From: Coriobacteriia bacterium
GTDB lineage: Bacteria > Actinomycetota > Coriobacteriia > Coriobacteriales > QAMH01
Direction of reading: 5' to 3'
Assembly (NCBI GenBank): GCA_900758075.1
Contig: CAAEQF010000158.1
Location: 1-28,790, forward strand
DNA length: 28,790 bases
The number at the start of each line of letters is the position of its first letter. The stretch's first letter is position 1. Positions 1 to 9,442 of this stretch are shown here, piece after piece. The notes below the pieces were generated by a model. The model saw only the letters and a list, made by a program, of their open reading frames with translations, ran no database searches and was not told where the DNA came from. The position numbers and the translations under genes are program-made.

Positions 1-548
1 AGCAGCAGCGCCGCCGCGAGCTGCCTGCCGCTCGCAATGCCCCCTGCCGCCAGCACGGGTATGCGCACCGCTTGCACGACCTGCGGAACGAGCGCCATCG
101 TGTTGAGCTCGCCGATGTGCCCGCCCGACTCTCCGCCTTCGGCGATGACGGCATCGGCGCCGCACTTCTCCATTCGCCGCGCGAGCGCCGTCGAGGCAAC
201 GACCGGAATGACCTTGATGCCGGCATCCTTCCACGACGCCATGTAGGCTGCGGGGCTTCCCGCTCCCGTCGTGACCGCCTGCACGCCCTTGTCTATGGCG
301 AGCTGGGCCAAGTCGTCGGCATGCGGGCTCATGAGCATGATGTTGAGCGCGAATGGCCTGTCTGTTCGCGCCTTCGTCTCGTCTATCTGACGGGCCATGA
401 CATCGGCGCTTGCACTTCCCCCGGCCAGTATGCCAAGGCCGCCAGCATTGCTGACGGCCGAGGCAAGCGATGCATCGGCAATCCATGCCATCGCGCCTTG
501 GAAGATGGGGTGCTCGATGCCGAGAAGCTCGGTGATGCGAGTCCTCAT
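1..548 (-). CDS. fabK: Enoyl-ACP reductase II (FabK / nitronate monooxygenase family); 5' part only, runs off the window start
   Basis: Absent from the ORF track; translated by hand from ATG at 548: MRTRITELLGIEHPIFQGAMAWIADASLASAVSNAGGLG...AEGGESGGHIGELNTMALVPQVVQAVRIPVLAAGGIASGRQ. Matches FabK FMN-binding motifs; starts 7 nt after the acpP stop. Confidence 0.88.
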   Translation of the reverse strand, partial: MRTRITELLGIEHPIFQGAMAWIADASLASAVSNAGGLGILAGGSASADVMARQIDETKARTDRPFALNIMLMSPHADDLAQLAIDKGVQAVTTGAGSPAAYMASWKDAGIKVIPVVASTALARRMEKCGADAVIAEGGESGGHIGELNTMALVPQVVQAVRIPVLAAGGIASGRQLAAALL

Positions 549-555
549 CGCGCCC

Positions 556-777
556 TTACTTCAACGCGTCGACGTGCTTGACGATGTCGCCGACGGTCGT
601 GATGCCCTCGGGCTCGCCAAAGTCGATGCCCTCTTCTTCCTCGAGGTCGGAGATGAGCTCGACCATGTCGAGAGAGTCGAGGTCGAGGGACTCGAGCGTA
701 GAGTCTTCCGTGACGGTCGAGGGGTCGACGTCGAGATTCTCTTCGAGGAGCTTCTTGATCGTGTCGATCGTTGCCAT
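556..777 (-). CDS. acpP: Acyl carrier protein
   Basis: 73 aa acidic protein with the LDSLDMVEL phosphopantetheine-attachment motif. ATG at 777 chosen because AAAGGA lies just upstream (ORF track starts at 795). Confidence 0.93.
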   Translation of the reverse strand: MATIDTIKKLLEENLDVDPSTVTEDSTLESLDLDSLDMVELISDLEEEEGIDFGEPEGITTVGDIVKHVDALK

Positions 778-935
778 GTTCGTTCCTTTCGCCATGCCCG
801 CCTGTCAGCCGGCACCGAATGTATCCACCTGCACATCTAGGAAAACTCTAGACGCAACGCAAGACAGTGTAGCGAACCGAAACGACATGCCCCCAGCGTA
901 GGGTCGTTTTGCGCATACTTTTGCCCAGGCGCACG

Positions 936-1778
936 TCACGGGCGCATTTGCAGCACTTCTTCGAGCGTGGAGGCAATGGCTCGCGGGGGGTATTCCACAT
1001 GCCAGAACGTGAGCCCGCGGGCAGGTGCGTTTTCTCCCGCCGCCTGCCTGTCTCGTGCGTCGAGGACGTCTTGCACCCACGTGGGTTGCCTGCGGCCCGC
1101 GCCCACCTGCACGAGCGTTCCCATGATCGTGCGCACCATCGAGTGCAGAAACGCATTGCCGACGATCTGCATCGTGACGCAGCGCTCACCGAGCACGTTT
1201 TCCTCGAAGAACTCGATCGACTCGACATGGCGACAAGTCGATTTGCCCTCCGCGCTCGCCGCCTTGCAAAACGACTTGAAGTCGTGCTCCCCCTCGAGCA
1301 GGTGCGCAGCCTGTTGCATGCCCGCAACGTTGAGCGGCGCGCGGTGCCACCAGGCAAACTCGCGCGTAAACAGCGGCGGCGCGCCCCCCATGACGATGCG
1401 GTAGCGATACACCCGGCAGACGGCATCGAAGCGCGCCGAGAACTCCGGTGCGGCAAACCCCACGCCCGTGATGCTGATGTCGTCGGGCGTGAGCGCGTTG
1501 AGCGACGTCACGATCTTGCGCGGCTCGCGGCTCGAAAGCTCTGGCACGTCCAACTTCACGCTGACGGTCTGGTCGAGGGCGTGGACGCCCGCGTCCGTCC
1601 GGCCGGCGCACACAGTCTCGACCGGATGCCGAAACAACGTGGCAAGCGCGTGTTCGAGCTCGCCTTGGATCGTGTGGACAGTGGGATCCTTCTGCTTGGC
1701 GAAGCCCGAATAGGCCCGCCCGTTGTACGAGAGCCTGACGACCAACGTCACCTGCTCGGACTTGTCTTGGGCATCCAT
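936..1778 (-). CDS. truA: tRNA pseudouridine(38-40) synthase
   Basis: LSYNGRAYSGFAKQ, catalytic AGRTDAGVHA, FSARFDA, HDFKSF, GNAFLHSMVR motifs. Start at ATG 1778 (MDAQDK) downstream of AAAGGAG; ORF track extension to 2018 overlaps ecfT. Confidence 0.95.
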   Translation of the reverse strand: MDAQDKSEQVTLVVRLSYNGRAYSGFAKQKDPTVHTIQGELEHALATLFRHPVETVCAGRTDAGVHALDQTVSVKLDVPELSSREPRKIVTSLNALTPDDISITGVGFAAPEFSARFDAVCRVYRYRIVMGGAPPLFTREFAWWHRAPLNVAGMQQAAHLLEGEHDFKSFCKAASAEGKSTCRHVESIEFFEENVLGERCVTMQIVGNAFLHSMVRTIMGTLVQVGAGRRQPTWVQDVLDARDRQAAGENAPARGLTFWHVEYPPRAIASTLEEVLQMRP

Positions 1779-1825
1779 TCGACCCCAGCTCCTTTGCGAT
1801 ACCTCAGTTTCGAACAATTCACGCC

Positions 1826-2662
1826 TCACAGAAACACCGCCACGGCAACGAGCGGCGCGCCTGCAGCAACCAGCACGAGCAGGTCTGCGGGGCCCATCTT
1901 TCCAGTTCGCACGTCCGCACGCCGGCGTACTCCATAGCATCGTGCGTCCATGGCGACCGAAAGGGTTTCTGCCGTCTTGAACAGGCGCACGAACAAGGGG
2001 GCGAGCACGAGCGCCCAAGCCTTGACGCGTTCGAGGACGGGCCCCCCGTCAAAACGCGCCCCTCGCGCCTCCTGCGCCTGCTTGACCGTCCGCGCGCTTT
2101 CTGTGATGGTCGGGATAAACCTGAGCGCGATGGATACGATCATGGACACGTCTTCGACTGGCACACGCAGCCGGCCGAGCGGGGACAGCAGCCCAGAAAG
2201 GGCAGCGGTGATATCCGCCACCGACGAGGTAAACGTCAGAAGCGAGCAGGCAAAGACGAGCAGCGCGATCCTGAGCGCCAGAAACGCTCCCGCAAACGCC
2301 CCGTCCAGCGTCAGGCCAAAGCTCCCGCCCAGCGAGAAGAGTATGCCGCTTTGCAGCGCACCCGGCTGTGCCTGCACAGCCGCGAGGTCTCCCACATCGC
2401 CCGTGAACATGTGCGCGAGCAGCGTAAACGCCATGATGAACACGACGACGCCAATGCCGCTCAAGGCAGAGCGCAGCTTGACATGCGCCAGGAGGTACAG
2501 AAGCACCGTGGAGACGCAGAGAACCGCCATGCCCTCCCACGAGTCGACCAGAAACGCGCAGATAGAAAAAACGCAGGTCAAGATAATCTTGACCTGCGTA
2601 TTCATACGATGAAGCATCGAGCTGCCAGGAACATAGGCTCCAAATACCCTCGCCTGCTGCAT
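1826..2662 (-). CDS. ecfT: Energy-coupling factor transporter transmembrane subunit T (EcfT/CbiQ family)
   Basis: GAYVPGSSMLHRMN N-terminus, several hydrophobic helices, SIALRFIPT, and the two Ala-Arg coupling motifs QEARG and MDARCY. Start is 2662 or 2668. Confidence 0.9.
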   Translation of the reverse strand: MQQARVFGAYVPGSSMLHRMNTQVKIILTCVFSICAFLVDSWEGMAVLCVSTVLLYLLAHVKLRSALSGIGVVVFIMAFTLLAHMFTGDVGDLAAVQAQPGALQSGILFSLGGSFGLTLDGAFAGAFLALRIALLVFACSLLTFTSSVADITAALSGLLSPLGRLRVPVEDVSMIVSIALRFIPTITESARTVKQAQEARGARFDGGPVLERVKAWALVLAPLFVRLFKTAETLSVAMDARCYGVRRRADVRTGKMGPADLLVLVAAGAPLVAVAVFL

Positions 2663-2704
2663 GAGCATCCTCGCCTACCCTGGCAAGAAGGCCAAACACG
2701 CCTT

Positions 2705-3220
2705 CTACTCCTCGGTCGCCTCTGCTGCGGGCTTCTCTGCAGTTTCCTCTGCAGCTTCCTCGGCAGGAGCGGCCTGCTCGGCCTTTTCCTCCTCGACAGC
2801 CTTAGTCTCGGCCTTCTCGGCCTCGTCAGCAGGCTTGTCCGCCTTCTTCTTGGAAACAACCGGCTCCTGGACAAGCTCCATGATAACCATGGGGGCATTG
2901 TCGCCCTTGCGGGGGCCAAGCTTCATGATGCGGGTGTAGCCGCCGTTGCGGTCTTCCCACATGCCCTGCGCCGCCTTCTCGAAGACCTCGCGCACGAGCT
3001 CCTTGTCGCCGAGCGCTGCGATGGCGAGACGACGGGAATGCAGGTCGCCCTTCTTCGCCCACGTGATGATGTGGTCGACATCAGGACGAATCTCCTTGGC
3101 GCGGGACTCGATGGTCTTGATGCGGTCGTTCGTGAAGAGGGCCACGCACAGGCTCTTCTTCATGGCCTTGGTGTGGCTGGGATCAGTGCCCAGCTTGCGG
3201 CCCTTGTAGTTATGCCTCAT
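2705..3220 (-). CDS. rplQ: 50S ribosomal protein L17 with acidic Ala/Glu/Lys C-terminal tail
   Basis: MRHNYKGRKLG...RNGGYTRIMKLGPRKGDNAPM; follows rpoA. Confidence 0.98.
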   Translation of the reverse strand: MRHNYKGRKLGTDPSHTKAMKKSLCVALFTNDRIKTIESRAKEIRPDVDHIITWAKKGDLHSRRLAIAALGDKELVREVFEKAAQGMWEDRNGGYTRIMKLGPRKGDNAPMVIMELVQEPVVSKKKADKPADEAEKAETKAVEEEKAEQAAPAEEAAEETAEKPAAEATEE

Positions 3221-3235
3221 AAGATAATCTCCTAC

Positions 3236-4177
3236 TTACTGCTTCAAGCTCAGGCCCATCGACTGAAGCTTGTCCTTGACCTCTTCAATCGACTTGGCAC
3301 CGAAGTTGCGGATGTTGAGCAAATCATTTTCAGAATATTCGACCAGCTGACGTACCGAGTGGATGCCAGCGCGCTTGAGGCAGTTATAGGAACGGACCGA
3401 GAGATCCAGGTCCTCAATCTGCTTCTCGAGCTCGGTGTTCTTGCTCGGGCCCTCCGGAGCAAAGATGCTCTCGGTCTCCTCTTCGCTCGCGTTCTCATCG
3501 AGCATGAGGAAGGCCGTCATGTGCTGGTTGATGATATTCGCCGACTGGCACACAGCCTCGGTCGGGCTGATTGCGCCATTAGTCTCGACTTCGAGGATCA
3601 GCTTGTCGTAGTCGGTGCGCTGCGCAACTCGGGTATCGGTGACATCCATGGTGCAACGGCGAATCGGCGAGAACAGGGAATCGACGTGGATGATTCCAAT
3701 CGGATCCTCGGGACGCTTGTTACGCTCGGCAGGGACGTAGCCGCGACCGACGCCGATGCGAATCGTCATCTCCAGCTGCGCACCCTCGGACAGCGTCGCG
3801 ATGACATGGTCCGGGTTGATGAGCTGGAACTCGGTAGGAACCTCAAGGTCTGCACCGGTGACCGTGCACGGTCCCTCTGCAGAGAGAGTGGCCGTGGCCT
3901 CTTCGGCATCGCCAAACGCAGCGAAGACAAGTCCCTTGACATTGAGGACGATGTCGGTGACATCCTCCACTACGCCAGGAGCAACGGTGAACTCATGCTG
4001 TACACCCTCGATCTTGATAGCAGTCGCCGCCGCACCGTCCAGAGAGGACAGCAGAACACGACGCATGCTGTTGCCGAGCGTCTGACCATAGCCACGCTCA
4101 AGCGGCTCCATGACAAAGCGAGCAATGTTTTCGTCGACTTCCTCGACGGTGATCTTGGGCCTCATGAACTCAGTCAT
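3236..4177 (-). CDS. rpoA: DNA-directed RNA polymerase alpha subunit
   Basis: EPLERGYGQTLGNSMRRVLLSS; CTD IEDLDLSVRSYNCLKRAGI...RNFGAKS. Confidence 0.99.
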   Translation of the reverse strand: MTEFMRPKITVEEVDENIARFVMEPLERGYGQTLGNSMRRVLLSSLDGAAATAIKIEGVQHEFTVAPGVVEDVTDIVLNVKGLVFAAFGDAEEATATLSAEGPCTVTGADLEVPTEFQLINPDHVIATLSEGAQLEMTIRIGVGRGYVPAERNKRPEDPIGIIHVDSLFSPIRRCTMDVTDTRVAQRTDYDKLILEVETNGAISPTEAVCQSANIINQHMTAFLMLDENASEEETESIFAPEGPSKNTELEKQIEDLDLSVRSYNCLKRAGIHSVRQLVEYSENDLLNIRNFGAKSIEEVKDKLQSMGLSLKQ

Positions 4178-4222
4178 ATTTAAGCCTCCTCGAGACTTGA
4201 ACGAATCGTACAGGGAAACTCA

Positions 4223-4816
4223 TTACTTCGAGTAGAGCTCGACGATGAGCTGTTCCTGGATGTCCAAATCAATCTGGTCACGCGTCGGCAGGGAAATCAC
4301 GTTGCCCTGGAGCTTCTCGATGTCGACCTCGAGCCAAGCCGGAACCTGGACGCTCTCATTGGAGATCAGTGCGCTCTTGATGACGAGCAGGTCTGCAGCC
4401 TTGGGGGACACAGACACGGTGTCGCCGGCCTTGACACGGTAGGAGGGAACGTCGACACGCTTGCCATTGACCAGGATGTGGCCGTGGGTGACGGTCTGAC
4501 GGGCCTCTTTGCGCGTACGGGCAAAGCCGAGGCGGAACACGACGTTATCGAGGCGGGACTCGAGAATCTTCATGAGGTTCTCGCCGGTGATGCCCTGCAT
4601 ACGACGTGCCTTCTCGTAGTAGGCGTGGAACTGCTTCTCGAGAACGCCGTAGATGAACTTGGTCTTCTGCTTCTCACGGAGCTGCTTGCCGTACTCGCTC
4701 TCCTGACGACGGCGACGAGCCGGCTGCCTACGAGACTCTTTGGAATAACCCAGAACGGAAGGGTCGAGGCCGAGCTGCCTGCAACGCTTCAGAACCGGAG
4801 TCCTGTTAATTGCCAT
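4223..4816 (-). CDS. rpsD: 30S ribosomal protein S4
   Basis: SEYGKQLREKQK, LESRLDNVVFRLGFA, LIVELYSK. Confidence 0.99.
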   Translation of the reverse strand: MAINRTPVLKRCRQLGLDPSVLGYSKESRRQPARRRRQESEYGKQLREKQKTKFIYGVLEKQFHAYYEKARRMQGITGENLMKILESRLDNVVFRLGFARTRKEARQTVTHGHILVNGKRVDVPSYRVKAGDTVSVSPKAADLLVIKSALISNESVQVPAWLEVDIEKLQGNVISLPTRDQIDLDIQEQLIVELYSK

Positions 4817-4837
4817 AACTATTTGAACCTTTCCGAA

Positions 4838-5236
4838 TTAACCGCGACGACGCTTGGTCGGACGGCAACCGTTGTGCGGGATGGGCGTGCAATCCTGGAT
4901 GCTTGCGACCTCCAGGCCAGCGGCCTGCAGGGAGCGGACGGCGGTCTCGCGACCAGAGCCAGGACCCTTGACGAAGACGGCGACCTTGCGAACACCGTGC
5001 TCCATGGCCATCTTGGCTGCCTTGTCAGCTGCCATCTGAGCCGCGAACGGCGTGGACTTACGAGAGCCCTTGAAACCGACGGTACCGGCGGACTGCCAGG
5101 AAATGACGTTGCCGCGAGTGTCGGTGATGCTGACGATCGTGTTGTTGAACGTGCTCTTGATGTGAGCCTGACCCACCGTGATGTTCTTGCGATCGGCGCG
5201 GCGGATGCGGGTCGTCTGCTGTTGTTTCTTAGCCAT
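4838..5236 (-). CDS. rpsK: 30S ribosomal protein S11
   Basis: [39 protein letters not shown]. Confidence 0.99.
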   Translation of the reverse strand: MAKKQQQTTRIRRADRKNITVGQAHIKSTFNNTIVSITDTRGNVISWQSAGTVGFKGSRKSTPFAAQMAADKAAKMAMEHGVRKVAVFVKGPGSGRETAVRSLQAAGLEVASIQDCTPIPHNGCRPTKRRRG

Positions 5237-5249
5237 TGTTCTCCCCTAC

Positions 5250-5621
5250 CTACGCTTTCTTCTTTGCGCCGATCTGGCGACGCGGACCCTTGCGGGTACG
5301 AGCATTGGTATGAGTGCGCTGGCCACGAACAGGCAGGCCCTTGCGGTGACGGAGGCCACGATAGCAGCCGATCTCCATCAGACGCTTGATATTCTGAGCC
5401 GTCTCGCGACGAAGGTCGCCCTCGACGGTGTAGTTTGCATCGATGTTGTCACGCAGTTTGACAACTTCTTCTTCCGTGAGATCACGGACACGGGTATCGG
5501 GGTTGACGCCAGTCTCTGCGCAAATCTTCTTTGCACGGGTGGCACCGATTCCATAGATGTACGTCAGACCAATCTCTACGCGCTTTTCGCGTGGAAGGTC
5601 GACACCGAGAATACGAGGCAA
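5250..5621 (-). CDS. rpsM: 30S ribosomal protein S13
   Basis: [43 protein letters not shown] start preceded by AGGAG. Confidence 0.99.
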   Translation of the reverse strand: MPRILGVDLPREKRVEIGLTYIYGIGATRAKKICAETGVNPDTRVRDLTEEEVVKLRDNIDANYTVEGDLRRETAQNIKRLMEIGCYRGLRHRKGLPVRGQRTHTNARTRKGPRRQIGAKKKA

Positions 5622-5637
5622 TGTATAACTCCTATTC

Positions 5638-5751
5638 TTAACCTTGACGCTGCTTATGACGGGGGTTTTCGCAAATCACGTAAATCTTGCCGTGACGGCG
5701 AATAATTTTGCACTTATCGCACATTTTCTTAACCGAAGGACGCACCTTCAT
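5638..5751 (-). CDS. rpmJ: 50S ribosomal protein L36, zinc-ribbon (C+) type, 37 aa
   Basis: Too short for the ORF track; hand translation [43 protein letters not shown] upstream; canonical position between infA and rpsM. Confidence 0.98.
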   Translation of the reverse strand: MKVRPSVKKMCDKCKIIRRHGKIYVICENPRHKQRQG

Positions 5752-5899
5752 ATCATCCATACCTTTCCGAAAGTGTTGACACTTCGTATCTATCTACACG
5801 CCCAGCCGCAGGCGGTAATTTTCGCGTTACAGCTTTAGTCCTGAGACAGGACAAGGCCGCCCTTGCAGGGCAACCGAAGACACGCTCTCAAATAGATAT

Positions 5900-6118
5900 C
5901 TATTTGTAGCGATATGTGATTCTGCCTCGGTCAAGATCGTACGGCGAAAGCTCGACCGTCACACGATCGCCCGGGAGAATCTTGATGTAGTGCATGCGCA
6001 TCTTGCCAGAGATATGGGCCAAAACCTGATGACCATTCTCGAGCTCGACCTTGAACATAGCATTGGGAAGCGGCTCGACTACCGTGCCCTCAAGCTCAAT
6101 CGCATCTTCTTTGCTCAA
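5900..6118 (-). CDS. infA: Translation initiation factor IF-1
   Basis: TTG at 6118 gives the standard 72 aa ([29 protein letters not shown]...GRITYRYK). Confidence 0.98.
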   Translation of the reverse strand: MSKEDAIELEGTVVEPLPNAMFKVELENGHQVLAHISGKMRMHYIKILPGDRVTVELSPYDLDRGRITYRYK

Positions 6119-6156
6119 CTCAGTGCAGCTCTCTCTTAATAATTTGTACACAAGCA

Positions 6157-6193
6157 ATCGTATATGTTACTGCAATGCAACAAGAATTATCAA
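6157..6193 (-). promoter_or_regulatory. Candidate internal promoter for infA-rpmJ-alpha genes
   Basis: AT-rich island between map and infA; TTGATA (6193-6188), 18 nt, TAACAT (6169-6164); alternative -10 TACGAT at 6162-6157. Confidence 0.4.
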
Positions 6194-6206
6194 GAACCTA
6201 TTTGTG

Positions 6207-6980
6207 TTATTCCTCTGTAAGAACGAGCGGTCCGTCGTCGGTGACCGCAATGGTGTTCTCGAAGTGGGCGGCGGGTTTTCCGTCGACCGTGACGACGCCC
6301 CATCCGTCTTTTTCGACGCGAACCCTATTTGACCCTGCGGTGATCATCGGCTCGATGGCTATGACCATGCCGGGCTTGAGCTTTACGCCCCTGCCCTTCT
6401 TTCCAAAGTTGGGGACGTCGGGCTTTTCGTGCAACACGCGTCCGACCCCATGGCCCACATAGTCGCGCACGACGCCGAAGCCACGGGACTCGGCGTAATC
6501 CTGGATTGCAAAGCCAACATCGCCGAGCGTGTTGCCGGGACACGCCATGCGAATCCCAGCCCACATGGCCTCCCTCGTAACCGAGCACAGCTGCCGTTTT
6601 TCCGAAGAGACCTCGCCGACGGCAAAGGTGAGGGCATTGTCACCCACCCATCCATCGACTGTCGCGCCCGTGTCGATGGAGATGATGTCTCCTGCTGCGA
6701 GCGCGACATCGTCCGAGGGGATGCCATGGACAACCTTCTCGTTGATGGAGGCGCAGATGGAACCGGGGAATCCGCCATAGCCCTTGAAGGTGGGGACCCC
6801 GCCTTCAAGGCGGATGACGTTTTCGACGAAACTGTCCAGCTCGCGGGTTGTGACGCCCGGGGCGATTATGTCCCCAACCATGCGGAGGGCCAGCGCGCTT
6901 ACGCGGCCGGCCTCCCTCATCGCCTCAATTTCTTGAGGCGCCTTCAGCTGTATTCCGTCTTTTCTCAGACGAAACGGCAT
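6207..6980 (-). CDS. map: Type I methionine aminopeptidase
   Basis: GFPGSICASINEKVVHGIP, GDIISID, GD, GHGVG..LHE, AIEPM, AHFENT metal-ligand motifs; start shares one base with the adk stop. Confidence 0.97.
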   Translation of the reverse strand: MPFRLRKDGIQLKAPQEIEAMREAGRVSALALRMVGDIIAPGVTTRELDSFVENVIRLEGGVPTFKGYGGFPGSICASINEKVVHGIPSDDVALAAGDIISIDTGATVDGWVGDNALTFAVGEVSSEKRQLCSVTREAMWAGIRMACPGNTLGDVGFAIQDYAESRGFGVVRDYVGHGVGRVLHEKPDVPNFGKKGRGVKLKPGMVIAIEPMITAGSNRVRVEKDGWGVVTVDGKPAAHFENTIAVTDDGPLVLTEE

Positions 6981-7603
6981 TATTTGATTGCAGCCTTGAT
7001 TGCCTCGAAGACCTCGTCCGGAGTCTGGTTGCCGTCAAGCTCGACCAGCGTGCCGTTGCCACGGTAGTAGTCGATGAGCGGGCTCGTTGACTTGTCGTAG
7101 ACATCGAGACGGTTGCGCACGGCATCTTCGTTGTCGTCATCGCGCTGGTACATCTCGCCACCGCACTCGGGGCACTTGTCCCCATCGGCAGCAGTGCCGA
7201 TGAAACCACAATCACGGCACATGCGACGCGTGGAGATGCGGTTGACGACGACTTCGTTGTCGACCTCGAGCGCAATCGCGTAATCGAGCTTCTTCCCAAG
7301 GTCGGACAGCACGCCGTCGAGCGCGACAGCCTGCGCAGGGGTGCGCGGGAACCCGTCGAGCAGATACGACGCATCCGGATCGCCCTTGAGACGCTCCTCG
7401 ACCAACCCGATCACGACCTCGTCGGGGACGAGGTCACCTGCGTCCATGTAGGACTTTGCCTTCTTGCCGAGCTCAGTGCCCGCTTTGACAGCTGCCCTGA
7501 GCAGGTCGCCCGTCGAAAGGTGCTTAAAGCCGTAGGCCTCGACGAGCTTTGCAGATTGCGTGCCTTTGCCAGCGCCAGGAGCACCCAACAAAACGATATT
7601 CAT
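6980..7603 (-). CDS. adk: Adenylate kinase with Cys4 zinc-binding LID
   Basis: GAPGAGKGT P-loop, LLDGFPRT, CRDC...CPEC, QRDDD. Start ATG 7603 (or TTG 7609). Confidence 0.98.
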   Translation of the reverse strand: MNIVLLGAPGAGKGTQSAKLVEAYGFKHLSTGDLLRAAVKAGTELGKKAKSYMDAGDLVPDEVVIGLVEERLKGDPDASYLLDGFPRTPAQAVALDGVLSDLGKKLDYAIALEVDNEVVVNRISTRRMCRDCGFIGTAADGDKCPECGGEMYQRDDDNEDAVRNRLDVYDKSTSPLIDYYRGNGTLVELDGNQTPDEVFEAIKAAIK

Positions 7604-7630
7604 GAGCAAACACTCTCCAATCGAATAGGG

Positions 7631-8923
7631 CTATTTGAAGAAGCCATCGTAATTATGCATCTTCAGCTGACTCTCGAGCTTGGTCATCGTGTCAAGCGCA
7701 ACGCCGACCATGATGAGAACCGAGGTGCCGCCGAACAGCGAGATGAGCGTGTTGTCGGTGAACGAGTAGAAGATGGACGGGATGATCGCGATAGCTGCCA
7801 GGAACATTGCACCCGGAAGCGTGATGCGGTTGATCACGTCTTTGATGTACTGAGCCGTTGCTCCACCCGGACGAACGCCTGGGATAAAGCCGCCGTTGTT
7901 CTTCAGGTTGTCTGCCGTGTCTTCGGGATGGTAGATCATCGAGGTGTAGAAGTACGCGAAGAACACGATCAGGACGAACGTGAGAATCCAGTTGCCCCAG
8001 CCGGTCGAGCAGAAGCTCGCGACGGCCTGCATCCAGCCGGCATCGCTGAAGAACGCCGCGATCTGAGCCGGGATGTAGAGCAGGGCGGAAGCGAAGATGA
8101 TCGGAATAACGCCCGCGCCGTTGACCTTGAGCGGCAGGTACGTGCTCTGGCCACCCATCTGGCGACGCCCGACGATCCTCTTGGAGTACTGCACCGGGAT
8201 ACGGCGCTGCCCGCGCTCGATGAACACGATCGCGGGAATGACCACGAGGATGATCACGACGATCATGACGGTCATCAAGATGCCCTGCATCTGGTCGCTC
8301 GAATGGTTGACGGAATCAAGCAGTGCGCTTGGGAGGCGCGCAATGATGTTCGCGAAGATGATGAGCGACATGCCGTTGCCGATGCCGCGCTGCGTGATGA
8401 GCTCGCCCATCCACATGATGAACGCGGTGCCGGCAACAAGGGTCACGACGATGACGATGCTCGTGAGCCATACCGGCATGCCGGTGTTCTCGAACGAGAT
8501 GCCAAACGTCGAGCTCTGGAACAGGACCAGGTAGCCGATCGCGTTGATCAGACCAAGTGCCAAGGTGAGCCAACGTGTGATGCGCGTGATGCGACGCTGA
8601 CCCGTCTCGCCCTCTTTCGCCCAAGCCTGCAGGCTCGGGATGACGCCCTGCATGAGCTGCATGATGATCGCAGCGGTGATGTAGGGCATGATGCCGAGCG
8701 AGAACACGGAGAAGTACTCCAGAGCGCCGCCCGAGAAGAGGTTGAGCATCAGCAGACCGGCATTGGTGCTGGAATCCCTAAAGCTGCTGACCAGCTCTGC
8801 AAACGGGATTCCAGGGACCGGGATAAACGAGCCAACTCTGTACAAAGCGATGATAGCAAGAGTGAAGAAGATCTTGTGACGGAGCTCCTTCACGCGCATT
8901 GCATTTGCGAGCGCCTTGAGCAC
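7631..8923 (-). CDS. secY: Preprotein translocase subunit SecY
   Basis: FSVFSLGIMPYITAAII, GIGNGMSLIIF, GVIPIIFAS, FIPGVRPG, FGGTSVLIMVGVALDT; GTG start. Confidence 0.99.
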   Translation of the reverse strand: MLKALANAMRVKELRHKIFFTLAIIALYRVGSFIPVPGIPFAELVSSFRDSSTNAGLLMLNLFSGGALEYFSVFSLGIMPYITAAIIMQLMQGVIPSLQAWAKEGETGQRRITRITRWLTLALGLINAIGYLVLFQSSTFGISFENTGMPVWLTSIVIVVTLVAGTAFIMWMGELITQRGIGNGMSLIIFANIIARLPSALLDSVNHSSDQMQGILMTVMIVVIILVVIPAIVFIERGQRRIPVQYSKRIVGRRQMGGQSTYLPLKVNGAGVIPIIFASALLYIPAQIAAFFSDAGWMQAVASFCSTGWGNWILTFVLIVFFAYFYTSMIYHPEDTADNLKNNGGFIPGVRPGGATAQYIKDVINRITLPGAMFLAAIAIIPSIFYSFTDNTLISLFGGTSVLIMVGVALDTMTKLESQLKMHNYDGFFK

Positions 8924-8925
8924 GA

Positions 8926-9366
8926 TTACTCGACCTTTCCTCCGGCTGCCTCGATCTTGGACTGCGCAGTCGCGGAAACCTTGTCCACCTTGACAGTCAG
9001 GGCCTTGGTGATTTCGCCATCGCCAAGGACCTTAACGAGGGAGTCTGCGTGCTTGATGATGCCCTTGGCAACGAGCGTCTCGTGATCGACGGTCTCGCCA
9101 GCCTCAAACTTCTCCTCCAGACGGGAGACGTTCACCGGCAGGTACTCTTTGCGGTTGATGTTGCGGAAGCCGGGGAGCTTGGGAAGGCGCATTGCCAGAG
9201 GAGTCTGGCCACCCTCGAAGCCCGGGCCCTTCGTGCCGCCGGCACGGGAAGCCTGGCCGTTGGAACCGCGACCGGACTTTCCGCCGTAGCCCGAACCGTG
9301 GCCACGGCCGATGCGCTTGCGCTTCTTGGTGGAGCCGGGAGCCGGCTTGAGATCGTGCAGATTCAT
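8926..9366 (-). CDS. rplO: 50S ribosomal protein L15
   Basis: [37 protein letters not shown]. Confidence 0.99.
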   Translation of the reverse strand: MNLHDLKPAPGSTKKRKRIGRGHGSGYGGKSGRGSNGQASRAGGTKGPGFEGGQTPLAMRLPKLPGFRNINRKEYLPVNVSRLEEKFEAGETVDHETLVAKGIIKHADSLVKVLGDGEITKALTVKVDKVSATAQSKIEAAGGKVE

Positions 9367-9442
9367 GAAATTTCTCCTTTTGTATCGCGTATGCCCCTAA
9401 GTATGGGCATAGCCGGCAGCTCGCCGCCGGCTAACTACCACG

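Noticed and set aside
2705..2869. Ala/Glu/Lys-rich C-terminal tail of L17
   Set aside because: Such tails are well known in actinobacterial and Bacteroidota L17.
2351..4183. Long + strand ORFs (610 aa here; also 7520-9085, 19387-21207, 23412-24590 and others)
   Set aside because: Antisense shadows of strongly codon-biased GC-rich genes; no recognisable motifs and they cross real gene boundaries.
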